A stretch of 64,000 nt of DNA from Pirellulaceae bacterium. GTDB taxonomy: Bacteria; Planctomycetota; Planctomycetia; Pirellulales; Pirellulaceae. This document shows, piece after piece, positions 49,576 through 58,147 of the stretch. The stretch lies in the NCBI GenBank assembly GCA_029243025.1, contig JAQWSU010000018.1, positions 25,558 through 89,557 on the forward strand. The letters run 5' to 3'. The first letter of the stretch is position 1. The number at the start of each line of letters is the position of its first letter. The position numbers were made by a program, and so were the translations under genes. The notes under the pieces were generated by a model. That model saw only the letters and a list, made by a program, of their open reading frames with translations, searched no databases and was not told where the DNA came from.

Positions 49576-50415
49576 TTAGGTCACCGAAATCACCACTGCG
49601 CCAGCCAACAGCAAAGCTCCAATCAGCCGCATGAACATCGTACGACGATTCGGCTGCAAACCCGACGGGTTGAATTGCAACGCCACTACCCAAGCGAATA
49701 AGACCCCCCACACACCACGCATCGAGTACATGATATTGACGCGTGTCGCATCACCAAACACACCCAGCGTCAGAGTCATGCCGATGGCTTGCACCGCCAT
49801 CAGTAACGCACCAAATGCCAACAATGGCATCAAACCCAATTGCAAAAGTTTCCTGGGTCGATCAGCAAGTGGCAAAAAGGCGAGCGAAAAGAGGGCTGAA
49901 AAGGAAAACGTCAGTGGCAAGAAATAGCCAGCCCCCCAGCGAGGAGCCCAACGCTGTATTAACAAATCAAACATCGTCATCACGCCGGCAGCAAGCAAAG
50001 AGTAGATCACCGATGCCAACACTCGGGATCGTTGGATGTTTGCATCGCGAACTTGTACGAACCCGATCCCAATCACTGCCACTGCGGCCGCAATCCAAAT
50101 GCGAGCTGGCGCCTGCTCGTCCACTACAAAATGGGAAGCCGCTGGCACGATGAGTATTTTCACACCCAAAACAGGCGCAACAATGGAGACATCACCGCGT
50201 GACACCGCGAGAAAGGTGAACAGTTGACCGGCGAGAAACAACCCACCGACAATCGCAGGTTGCCAAAGCAAGGTGGCTGACTGACTCGTTCCTCCCATCA
50301 AACACAAAACGGGAAACACGCACGCAGCGGCCCAACAGACCAAGATCATCGAAGTCCAAAAAGAGGCTCCCCGATCTTGCGCTCGCTTCAGACAAAGCAA
50401 GCCAAATACAACCAC
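49576..50415 (-). CDS. DMT-superfamily (EamA-like) transporter
   Basis: 279 aa with about 9-10 TM helices and two EamA-like halves (...AVSRGDVSIVAPVLGVKILIV...IGIGFV... and ...VFGDATRVNIMYSMRGVWGVLFAW...LLLAGAVVI). GTG start; the N-terminus is uncertain. Confidence 0.65.
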   Translation of the reverse strand: MVVFGLLCLKRAQDRGASFWTSMILVCWAAACVFPVLCLMGGTSQSATLLWQPAIVGGLFLAGQLFTFLAVSRGDVSIVAPVLGVKILIVPAASHFVVDEQAPARIWIAAAVAVIGIGFVQVRDANIQRSRVLASVIYSLLAAGVMTMFDLLIQRWAPRWGAGYFLPLTFSFSALFSLAFLPLADRPRKLLQLGLMPLLAFGALLMAVQAIGMTLTLGVFGDATRVNIMYSMRGVWGVLFAWVVALQFNPSGLQPNRRTMFMRLIGALLLAGAVVISVT

Positions 50416-51077
50416 GAAACTCGAACAGAGTGGAAGTAAAAGATAAATCGATCCAATCCTCTTTCAGCCCATGACACCCGGCAATTGTTCTTGAGGCTGA
50501 CATTCACTCGCCGGAGCAACGAGGTTGCTGCTTCCCAAGCGAATGTGGTCACTTTGAAATTTATAGCATCCGCTCGTCACGGTGTGCAATCAAAGCAGTT
50601 CCAGGATTGGCAAAACCTTGCACAACACGTGACAAAGCAAGTTACGGAACAAAAAATCGTTCCGGAGCTTTCCACAACCACTCACCCATCTAGCGACGGA
50701 GACTCCATCTTATCGGATTGGCAAGTCCTGCCAACGCCTAACAACGGTTGAGGCACGAGAAACAGTTTCAGATATCAACGCTTCTCTGTTGATATCGAGA
50801 CCTGCCGATTCGCTACCGACTGCTGTCTCATCAAGGGTTCAATATCCCAATCACCGCAGACCACACACAACCCAACAGGAGAACGCTAATCACTCCCCAC
50901 CAATTAGCTGACTCGGCTCTCCGCCGGCAACACGAAAAGCGATCAAATTTACTGAGCGAGAACGACCGATGTTCGTCGCAAGACTTTATTGACCAGCTTC
51001 GTTATACTGACCGAGAGCTTTCAAATGCTTTCACCAGGAAACATCGCGAGCGATGCCCTATCGCGTATGGAGACGTC

Positions 51078-52412
51078 ATGGCGGGGATATCGAATTACAT
51101 CGAAGCCTGCAAGTTTCGCAAAAACTTCATTAACGAGCAGTTGCAATGGTTACGTGAAGAAGATGGAAAATTTGCAACGGACATCAAGCGTTTGCAAGAT
51201 GTCGAGCAACGAATCCGTCAGGAACTGATCGGCTACCTGCTGCCGGAAATTCAAGACCCTCATCTCGATTCATTAGAGGAGCGCCTGTCCTATTCCGGTC
51301 TGCGACCAATCAAACGGAAATACGACGAAGCATTTGATGCGGCTGAAAAACGACGTGTGGAATTGGAAGCCATGGATGAGTTCCAACATTACGACTTTCT
51401 GATCGATCAAGCGAACCAAGGCGTCGAAGATATTCGGCCCAAATACGAAACAGCCTGCCAGCACATTTCCCTTTGGGAAGGTTCCAAGTGGTTCAAGCAA
51501 CTGAATCAGCGAAAGTATTTTGAACAAGGATACGTCGCTCGCTGGTGGCACACTTTTTTTGATTGGCGAGCGATTTCATTCCTCATGTCGGAATTATCGA
51601 AAAAAGCAAAGCTTAAATTCAACAACCCAGTCAGCCTGAAGCAGCATTATCGCCAACTACGTGACGAAACGAATGACATCGTCGCAGCATACGACAAACG
51701 AGTTGCAGAACGAGATCGCATTCACGGGATTAAGACAGAACATCAAGAACTGTTGAAAGCCCCGGAACGATTGCTCGCCGAGCTATTTAACGAATTGGGT
51801 GGCGCGGCGATTTCCCATCTCGATGCTTGCCCCGAAGATCTGCGCATCGACTTAGCGCGTGGAGACAAGGTCCTGAACGCGTTTCTCCGCAAGCAGACCG
51901 GCGTTCGAAAACAGATTCAGTATTTGCGCGAACTAAGCGTCACTCGCCTCAAGGCGTTGTTCCAGCAATTGAAACAGGATTTGGCAAAGACCGAAGCCAA
52001 GATCAAGAAACTCGAACTGCAAAAACGCCGAGGAAAACGCAAACATTATTACTCAACCGACCTTCAGCGAATGAGAAATGTCAAGACCGATAAATGGGAA
52101 CGGCGACGCGACAAGACGGGCCGTTTACGAAACAAGATTGCTGGGTTTGAGAAATATGATCGAGGTTCGTTCACCAGCGACTACCTTTGGTGGGATTTGA
52201 TCACGGGAGGCTCCGCAGCCGACGACATCTTCGAAGTACGGGACTTTCGCAATCGGAACCCCGAATGGGATCGTTCGAGCTACCGCGATCCAACAGAGGA
52301 TCACGCAACCACTGAAACCACTGAAACCACTGGATATGATGACGCCGCAGAAGACTTGGCAGCATCAATGCTTGACTCCCATGAAGACCACCTATTCGTC
52401 GACCCGAGTTAG
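51078..52412 (+). CDS. Hypothetical coiled-coil protein with a basic Lys/Arg patch and an acidic C-terminal tail; first gene of the radical-SAM operon
   Basis: 444 aa. GGAGAC RBS about 3 nt upstream of the ATG. No TM segment or signal peptide. Long heptad-like segments (LRELSVTRLKALFQQLKQDLAKTEAKIKKLELQKRRGKRKHY). Tail ...TEDHATTETTETTGYDDAAEDLAASMLDSHEDHLFVDPS. I recognise no family. Confidence 0.6.
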   Translation: MAGISNYIEACKFRKNFINEQLQWLREEDGKFATDIKRLQDVEQRIRQELIGYLLPEIQDPHLDSLEERLSYSGLRPIKRKYDEAFDAAEKRRVELEAMDEFQHYDFLIDQANQGVEDIRPKYETACQHISLWEGSKWFKQLNQRKYFEQGYVARWWHTFFDWRAISFLMSELSKKAKLKFNNPVSLKQHYRQLRDETNDIVAAYDKRVAERDRIHGIKTEHQELLKAPERLLAELFNELGGAAISHLDACPEDLRIDLARGDKVLNAFLRKQTGVRKQIQYLRELSVTRLKALFQQLKQDLAKTEAKIKKLELQKRRGKRKHYYSTDLQRMRNVKTDKWERRRDKTGRLRNKIAGFEKYDRGSFTSDYLWWDLITGGSAADDIFEVRDFRNRNPEWDRSSYRDPTEDHATTETTETTGYDDAAEDLAASMLDSHEDHLFVDPS

Positions 52413-52429
52413 GCCGGGGAACGAGACCA

Positions 52430-54220
52430 ATGCCTGAACCGAAAACCATCGTCTGTTATGCCATTAATGGCTCCGGCCTCGGCCATTTGACCCGTCTGAC
52501 AGCAGTCGCAAAATGGATCCGTCGATACGTGGCGTTACTCGATTGTCGCCCACCTGAGATCCTCTTTCTGACCTCCAGCGACGCCAGTGACTTACTCGCC
52601 GATGCTCGCTTCGCGGCATTCAAGATTCCCAGCAAAACCGTGGCCGTACGGTCCGAATTAAACAAGTCAGAATACAAACGCCTGGCCAAACATTTCGTCT
52701 GGAACACGTTGGGTGTGTTTTCACCCAATCTTCTCGTAGTCGACACCTTTCCATCGGGTAGCTTTGATGAGCTATTCCAAATCCTGGATGGCCCGTTCAA
52801 GAAGAGCTTCATCTTTCGAGATGTAAAGTCCGAGTACGCCGCTCGGCCAATGTTTCGTGCGGCGATCAGCTTGTTCGATAAGGTAGTTTCACCCCATCGT
52901 CGGCGCGACAGCACAACCCAAGTGGCTGCCCCCGGAGATTGCACCTACACCGGCGAGGTGGTGCAATTTGAACGAGAGGAATTGCTGCCGCGTTCTATGG
53001 GTCGAGAACAATTGGGCATTGCAGATCATCAACGATTGGTTTATTTGAGTGCAGGAGGCGGAGGCGATCCGAACGCTGAAGAGACCTTAAGGTCGCTCGT
53101 CAATGCGTTTCGCTCCCAGGACGACATCCACCTTCTGGTGGGCGCAGGCCCCCTTTATCGCGGACAACGTTTGGCCAGCCCCAACCTGACCTGGTTCGAT
53201 TCTCCCGCCGTCTGGCGATACTTCGGAACGATCGATGCAGCAATCAGCGCGGGCGGCTACAACTCGTTCCACGAACTTTTGTTTGCTCGAGTGCCCACAG
53301 CATTTTTTTCGCAAGCGAAAATCGCCGATGATCAACAGCAAAGAATTCGTAATGCAGTGCAACACGGCGCATGCCAGGAGATTTCCACGCCCCAAAATAC
53401 CGACTTGGTGATCAAAACGACGAGGGAACTTCTCGACGAAGAGATTACTGCGCGAATCCGATCTGCCTGTGATAATTGGATACCCGAAAACGGCGCACGG
53501 CAATGTGCCATTGAACTCTTAAGCCCCCTTTATGACGCGAAACAATTGGATTGGGCATCAAATGTATTGTCTCCCGCTCTGACTCATGCCTTGGAACGTA
53601 TCAATGGTGGCACGACCGGCGCGCTGGCCGACTGGCTTACGCCCCTTGCGCCACAAGAACAGTTCCAGTCTCTCAAGAACCACTCCGGACTGAACGACAT
53701 CATGCGACACTTGTCGCCAGCGGCTGCCCATGAAGTCGAGCAAATACTCGCGAAAGAAAAGGTCCACTCATCGCATTTCAAATTCGAAGCGACGCTGCTG
53801 GATCTGTTAAACACGATTCAATCAGCAGCAGCCGCACTGGGCGTTCCTGCTCGACAACTGGCCGAGGAATCACTAAAAACTCTCAACTCCGCGATCAAAA
53901 AACAACCACCACTCGCCAAGCAGAACAACCAGCAAACACCGTGGGCGTGCGAAGTGATCAAAACGGTCCGCTTCCTGCTCACCCTTTCCATTTCCGACTG
54001 TTCTGCATTCGATATCCTGCAAATGTTTCGCATCTTCCCTCGTGTCGTCGACGTCAACGTCGGAGAGGCCGGTATGCTTTTCGAGCATTTCATGAGACAC
54101 CGCATCGCGATGGGTGACCTTCCGCACGCCATTCTGCAACAGATTCAACTGCTCAAGGTCTTAGACACAAAAATAACTCGCGAAAGACTGGAATCGATCA
54201 CAGAAGGAATTTCGACATGA
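52430..54220 (+). CDS. GT-B fold glycosyltransferase (MurG/GT28-like, about 370 aa) fused to an uncharacterised C-terminal helical domain of about 220 aa
   Basis: IVCYAINGSGLGHLTRLTAVAKWI (the G-x-G-x-GH..R N-terminal motif of MurG/GT1-type enzymes). ...VYLSAGGGG...IDAAISAGGYNSFHELLFARVPTAFF is a C-terminal nucleotide-sugar binding motif. The stop overlaps the next start (ATGA at 54217-54220). Confidence 0.7.
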   Translation: MPEPKTIVCYAINGSGLGHLTRLTAVAKWIRRYVALLDCRPPEILFLTSSDASDLLADARFAAFKIPSKTVAVRSELNKSEYKRLAKHFVWNTLGVFSPNLLVVDTFPSGSFDELFQILDGPFKKSFIFRDVKSEYAARPMFRAAISLFDKVVSPHRRRDSTTQVAAPGDCTYTGEVVQFEREELLPRSMGREQLGIADHQRLVYLSAGGGGDPNAEETLRSLVNAFRSQDDIHLLVGAGPLYRGQRLASPNLTWFDSPAVWRYFGTIDAAISAGGYNSFHELLFARVPTAFFSQAKIADDQQQRIRNAVQHGACQEISTPQNTDLVIKTTRELLDEEITARIRSACDNWIPENGARQCAIELLSPLYDAKQLDWASNVLSPALTHALERINGGTTGALADWLTPLAPQEQFQSLKNHSGLNDIMRHLSPAAAHEVEQILAKEKVHSSHFKFEATLLDLLNTIQSAAAALGVPARQLAEESLKTLNSAIKKQPPLAKQNNQQTPWACEVIKTVRFLLTLSISDCSAFDILQMFRIFPRVVDVNVGEAGMLFEHFMRHRIAMGDLPHAILQQIQLLKVLDTKITRERLESITEGIST

Positions 54221-55353
54221 GCATTACGGAAAGGATTGCCACAAACGTCAAGCAAACGGATCGCGAGCGACGACTTCAGGGGATTCTTTCGAATCGCCCT
54301 TCGTTTGGACCACAAACCGTTCATTTCGACATCGCAAATGGCTGTAATGTCCGCTGTACCACCTGCTGGCACCACAGTCTTCACCTTCATGAAATCCACA
54401 CCCCGTCGATGGAATGGAAACGACAATCCATGTCCTTCGCAACTTTCCAAACCATCATGGAGGACCTGCTAAGACTCGGCGGCCTCGAACAAATCATTTT
54501 ATCCGGCATGGGTGACCCATCGCTGAATAACGAACTCATCACCATGGTTCAGTTTGCCCATCACCACAACATTGGTGTCACGATTATCACCAATCTGCTG
54601 ACCGTTGACCTGCCTGTCTTGCTCGACAGCGACGGTGAACTGAATCTATTGGTTTCTATTTGCGGCGTCACGGAAACCGTTTGGGAGGAATTTCACGGGG
54701 GATCATTCGCCGGCGGATTTAACAAACTGTTGAAACAATTAGAGATCTTGCGAAACGCTCGCTTTCAACCCAAACATGTTCAAGTCATCAATGGACAAAA
54801 TTACCATCAATTGCCCGACATGGTCCGATTCGCCGCAGAATGGCCCACCCAACGAATCAACTTCAAGTTCGCATCGCTAGTCAACGGGACAGAAGCAGTC
54901 GGACTCAACAAGCAACAAAAGCTGGAGTTACTGGAAGAACTCATCCCCCGGGCCAAGGCAATCTCGCAATTCAAAGGTATCGTCACCGACCTCGATGCTT
55001 TTCAAACACAAGTTTCACTCTGCTCGCATCGCACATCCCCCATTGAAGAAGTTGGCTGCTACATGGGGACGATCTACTGTCGAATCACCGTCGACAATGA
55101 ACTGCTCTATTGTTGCAATACCGACATCTCAGTAGGTCACATTGACGACAACACAAGTTTCCAGCAACTGTGGGAAGGTGAAAAATATGCCGAGATGAGG
55201 TCTCGACTTGGACGTGGTGATTTTTTCGAAAGCTGTCAGCAATGCGGCAAATACAAACAGAATCTGAAGTGGGCCGATAAACTCCACAAATTGCAGCGCG
55301 AATCGCAACCGCCTACGAGCGATCCCCGTTCACTACCCGAGGCCGTCGAATGA
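54217..55353 (+). CDS. Radical SAM enzyme with C-terminal auxiliary Cys cluster (partial SPASM/twitch-like)
   Basis: FDIANGCNVRCTTCWHH (CxxxCxxC), ILSGMGDPSLN (GGE-like). C-terminal CYMGTIYCRITVDNELLYCCNTD...FFESCQQCGKY. Confidence 0.85.
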   Translation: MSITERIATNVKQTDRERRLQGILSNRPSFGPQTVHFDIANGCNVRCTTCWHHSLHLHEIHTPSMEWKRQSMSFATFQTIMEDLLRLGGLEQIILSGMGDPSLNNELITMVQFAHHHNIGVTIITNLLTVDLPVLLDSDGELNLLVSICGVTETVWEEFHGGSFAGGFNKLLKQLEILRNARFQPKHVQVINGQNYHQLPDMVRFAAEWPTQRINFKFASLVNGTEAVGLNKQQKLELLEELIPRAKAISQFKGIVTDLDAFQTQVSLCSHRTSPIEEVGCYMGTIYCRITVDNELLYCCNTDISVGHIDDNTSFQQLWEGEKYAEMRSRLGRGDFFESCQQCGKYKQNLKWADKLHKLQRESQPPTSDPRSLPEAVE

Positions 55354-56345
55354 GCGTTACAGATTGGGCACGATCGTTGGCCAAGCGGCACCGTCGACCG
55401 AGACGCGATCCACCGCAACCCCCATTCCCCGACTTACAACCGACTGTCGAGTGGCAGGTAAATGGATTCTGCAACTACGACTGCACCTATTGCATTCAGT
55501 CCGCGAAATCACGCGTGGGGGTGCCAACAGATTCAACGGTGCGATCCATCGTGACTGAATTTGCAAAGCTACCCGGAGTCTGGGAAATCAAGATGTCCGG
55601 TGGCGAGCCTTTCGCCTTTAAAGGTTTTGTCAATTCGGTGATCCCACAACTCACCGAACGTACGCGTCACTTGATTTCAGTGCTGACCAACTTCTCGGCC
55701 CCAATCGACGTACTGGAAAAGTTCTGCCAGCTAACCGCGGATCGACTCAGAATCACAAGTGCCAGTCTGCATCCGGACAGTACTTCAGCGGAAGATTTCA
55801 TTGAGAAAGCGATCGCTTATCGCGAATTGCGACAGCGGTACAACCCAGCCAGCTCTTTCGTTGTGAACGTGGTGCTCGTGCCGGGTTACGTTGCGAATCA
55901 CGTGAAATATCGCGATCAAATTGAAGCAGCCGGGCTGCGATATTTCCCTCAGCTCATGAAAATCAAGGGCGGTGTTTACCCCTACCCCCCAACCGAAATG
56001 GCCCTCATTGAACAGCTCACCCATGGCAGCCACGATCCCAGCAAGGTAAACCGATCCCCCAATTACCAAGGCCTGCATTGCGAGGCAGGAGTCTGGTATT
56101 TCACCGTTGATCAAACGGGTGAAGCGTTCAGTTGCCGCACCGGAAAACGTTTCCTGGCTGAAAACGATCAAGCCCGATTAGGGAATCTCACTCAGGGCAC
56201 CTTCCAGTTACGAAAACAAGGGGGACCGTGCCCTTACACAATCTGTCCTTGCACGGTCCCAGTCAATCGTGGCATCGTCCGTCTTCCCAACCAAGAGCGT
56301 CAACAACTGATCTTGAGGAAAGCGAGCGAGAACAATGAGCATTGA
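55350..56345 (+). CDS. Radical SAM enzyme (paralog A) with C-terminal Cys motif
   Basis: VNGFCNYDCTYCIQS (CxxxCxxC), KMSGGEPFAF, ISVLTNFS. C-terminal CEAGVWYFTVDQTGEAFSCRTG...GGPCPYTICPCTVPVNRG. ATGA overlap with the upstream gene. Confidence 0.85.
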   Translation: MSVTDWARSLAKRHRRPRRDPPQPPFPDLQPTVEWQVNGFCNYDCTYCIQSAKSRVGVPTDSTVRSIVTEFAKLPGVWEIKMSGGEPFAFKGFVNSVIPQLTERTRHLISVLTNFSAPIDVLEKFCQLTADRLRITSASLHPDSTSAEDFIEKAIAYRELRQRYNPASSFVVNVVLVPGYVANHVKYRDQIEAAGLRYFPQLMKIKGGVYPYPPTEMALIEQLTHGSHDPSKVNRSPNYQGLHCEAGVWYFTVDQTGEAFSCRTGKRFLAENDQARLGNLTQGTFQLRKQGGPCPYTICPCTVPVNRGIVRLPNQERQQLILRKASENNEH

Positions 56346-57270
56346 CGCTTGGCTGCAACAACGAAGCACACCGCAAACCGAAGCAACCCTACTCGGCCGA
56401 CGCATTACGGGTGTTGTCAGCTGGAACATGAACGACTCCTGCAATTACCGCTGTTCGTATTGCACACAACGTCACATGCCTGACCGCACCGGTACGCTCG
56501 AGGAAATCGAACAAACACTTCTCGCTTTTTCTACTCTGCCGGGGCATTGGGAGTTTAAGCTCAGCGGCGGTGAACCGTTCCAACAACCGGGACTCGATGC
56601 AATCGTTTCAGGATTGGTCGCCATGGGACATTGCATCTCGGTACAAACCAATTTTTCTGCCAATGAATCGCGTTTGCTTTCCTTTCTGGAGGCAACACGT
56701 GGTGCACTCAATCTCTTTTCAGCAAGCTTGCACCTGGAATATGCCGATGCCCGATCGTTTCTTGACAAATACCAGATCGTTCAACCCTTTGAAAAAGATG
56801 GCCTTCGCTTCCACATTACGACGGTTGGTGTGCCGGACCGACTGGTGCAAATCCGAGACGAAATCGAGCCATTTTTTCGCAAACACAATCTGGTTTTCAA
56901 AGTACAACCAGAAAAGGTGGGGGGCTATTTACGCGACTATTCACCCGAACAGAAACAAATCCTGCTGGAATTAGGCGGGCACAACCAAACGGGCCGAATT
57001 GCACACAATTTCCAAGGCAAGTTATGTCATTCCGGAACAAATTACATTGTGATCAAATCAACGGGCGAAGCATTTCGCTGTTATCCGGCGAGCCGGGTAG
57101 GCGGACAATTCGCTCGACTCGGCTCATTAAGTGAAGGCATCACATTACTCGATGGGGCGAGAATCTGCCCCTACACTTACTGCAACTGCACTGTCCCCAT
57201 TCAAAGAGGCATGATTGAAGGCGTTAGCCACGACCTGCAAACCACAACAAAGGAAACCGATGTTCATTAG
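56335..57270 (+). CDS. Radical SAM enzyme (paralog B) with C-terminal Cys motif
   Basis: MNDSCNYRCSYCTQR (CxxxCxxC), KLSGGEPFQQ, ISVQTNFS. C-terminal CHSGTNYIVIKSTGEAFRCYPA...ARICPYTYCNCTVPIQRG. 11-nt overlap with the upstream gene. Confidence 0.85.
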   Translation: MSIDAWLQQRSTPQTEATLLGRRITGVVSWNMNDSCNYRCSYCTQRHMPDRTGTLEEIEQTLLAFSTLPGHWEFKLSGGEPFQQPGLDAIVSGLVAMGHCISVQTNFSANESRLLSFLEATRGALNLFSASLHLEYADARSFLDKYQIVQPFEKDGLRFHITTVGVPDRLVQIRDEIEPFFRKHNLVFKVQPEKVGGYLRDYSPEQKQILLELGGHNQTGRIAHNFQGKLCHSGTNYIVIKSTGEAFRCYPASRVGGQFARLGSLSEGITLLDGARICPYTYCNCTVPIQRGMIEGVSHDLQTTTKETDVH

Positions 57271-58147
57271 CTATCAAAATGTTCGCAATGCGATGCTTGG
57301 AACGCTAGGAGCAGCGGTCGCCGGCGTGGCTGCGTTCTTTGGATTCCAAAATCCTGATACCAGCGAACTCAAACCCTCGCCTTCGAAAACCGTGCAACTT
57401 GCCGACCTACCTGCCCCCCAGGACAAGCCAAAGTCAGTGGCGTCACCTGCCAAATCACAAGTCAATGCCAGCAAGTCGCCCGGATCGGGTGCACCCAGGC
57501 CAACCTCAACCACGCCAAACCAGTCCCCTAACCAAGGTCGCCCAATAACAACCGCTGACCAATATCGCCATGCCATGACCTTCGCGACGGCAAAGGCGGA
57601 TTCAAGTGGCAAAGGCAAAGACGTGCTGGGGCAATCAAGCCCTTGGAAATTAAATCTGTATGACGACAACAAAGACGGACAGTGGGATCGAGGCAAGCTG
57701 GATACTAATCGAGATGAGCTTGACGACGAAAAATGGAACTTCAAAAACGGATCCTGGGAAAAGGACGGTGGGAAAACCGTTTGGTCCGGAAACAAATGGA
57801 GGCAGAAGGCGGAGGCTGCACCGAATGAATTGCTGGGGGCAAATCCCGTAGCGAATCAACCTCAATCAACAAGTGACCATCTTCAGGATCGCTATCGCAA
57901 AGCGATGAAGATTGCCACACAGGCAGCTGACCCAAGCGGCAAAGGGAAAGACGTGCTCGGCCCGTCGAGCCCGTGGAAGCTGAACCTGTACGACGACGAC
58001 AAAGATGGCAAGTGGGACCGAGGCAAGCTAGATACCAATCGGGATGAAATTGACGACGAAAAGTGGAATTTCAAACGAGGACGTTGGGAAAAAGATGGTG
58101 GCGCCACCGAATGGAAAGATGACCGCTGGATTCCCAGCAAAACGTAA
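57260..58147 (+). CDS. Membrane-anchored or secreted protein with a Pro/Ser-rich linker and two copies of an ~83-aa Asp/Trp/Lys-rich module spaced 110 aa apart (DxDxDG Ca-binding-like)
   Basis: AGGAAA RBS upstream of the ATG at 57260, which overlaps the rSAM stop by 11 nt. MFISYQNVRNAMLGTLGAAVAGVAAFFG is a TM or signal segment, followed by the linker. Then two copies of SGKGKDVLG.SSPWKLNLYDD.KDG.WDRGKLDTNRDE.DDEKWNFK.G.WEKDGG. The track start is 57215. Confidence 0.7.
   Translation: MFISYQNVRNAMLGTLGAAVAGVAAFFGFQNPDTSELKPSPSKTVQLADLPAPQDKPKSVASPAKSQVNASKSPGSGAPRPTSTTPNQSPNQGRPITTADQYRHAMTFATAKADSSGKGKDVLGQSSPWKLNLYDDNKDGQWDRGKLDTNRDELDDEKWNFKNGSWEKDGGKTVWSGNKWRQKAEAAPNELLGANPVANQPQSTSDHLQDRYRKAMKIATQAADPSGKGKDVLGPSSPWKLNLYDDDKDGKWDRGKLDTNRDEIDDEKWNFKRGRWEKDGGATEWKDDRWIPSKT
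57557..58135 (+). repeat. Intragenic direct duplication (two ~250-bp copies, 330-bp period)
   Basis: Copy 1 at 57557-57805 and copy 2 at 57887-58135 encode near-identical 83-aa modules (aa 115-197 and 225-307 of the track ORF). Confidence 0.85.

Noticed and set aside
50989-51008. TTGACC ... TATACT promoter-like hexamers just upstream of the operon.
   Set aside because: The spacer is only 8 nt, against about 17 nt for a sigma70-type promoter. Planctomycete promoter consensus is also poorly defined.
52309-52332. Short tandem repeat actgaaacc x2 encoding TETTETT in the acidic tail of the coiled-coil protein.
   Set aside because: Only two copies are present. It is most simply low-complexity coding sequence.
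53193-53202. ggttcgattc, a tRNA T-arm-like string.
   Set aside because: It lies inside the GT-B coding frame (..LTWFDSPAV..) with no acceptor or anticodon stem context. I found no tRNA-like cloverleaf in any intergenic region.
54217-57270. Possibility that the three radical SAM enzymes are anaerobic sulfatase-maturating enzymes for the two Cys-type sulfatases at 43937-47001.
   Set aside because: They lie at least 7 kb away on the other strand, in their own tightly coupled operon. They are shorter than anSMEs and lack the full seven-Cys SPASM pattern. I cannot strictly exclude this without HMMs.
55350-57270. Possibility that the CNY.C.YC radical SAM paralogs are prokaryotic viperins (an antiviral defence system).
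   Set aside because: The N-terminal motif is generic to many rSAMs. An extra C-terminal Cys cluster is present, which viperins lack. There is no adjacent nucleotide kinase or other defence-island genes. An HMM or SSN test is needed.
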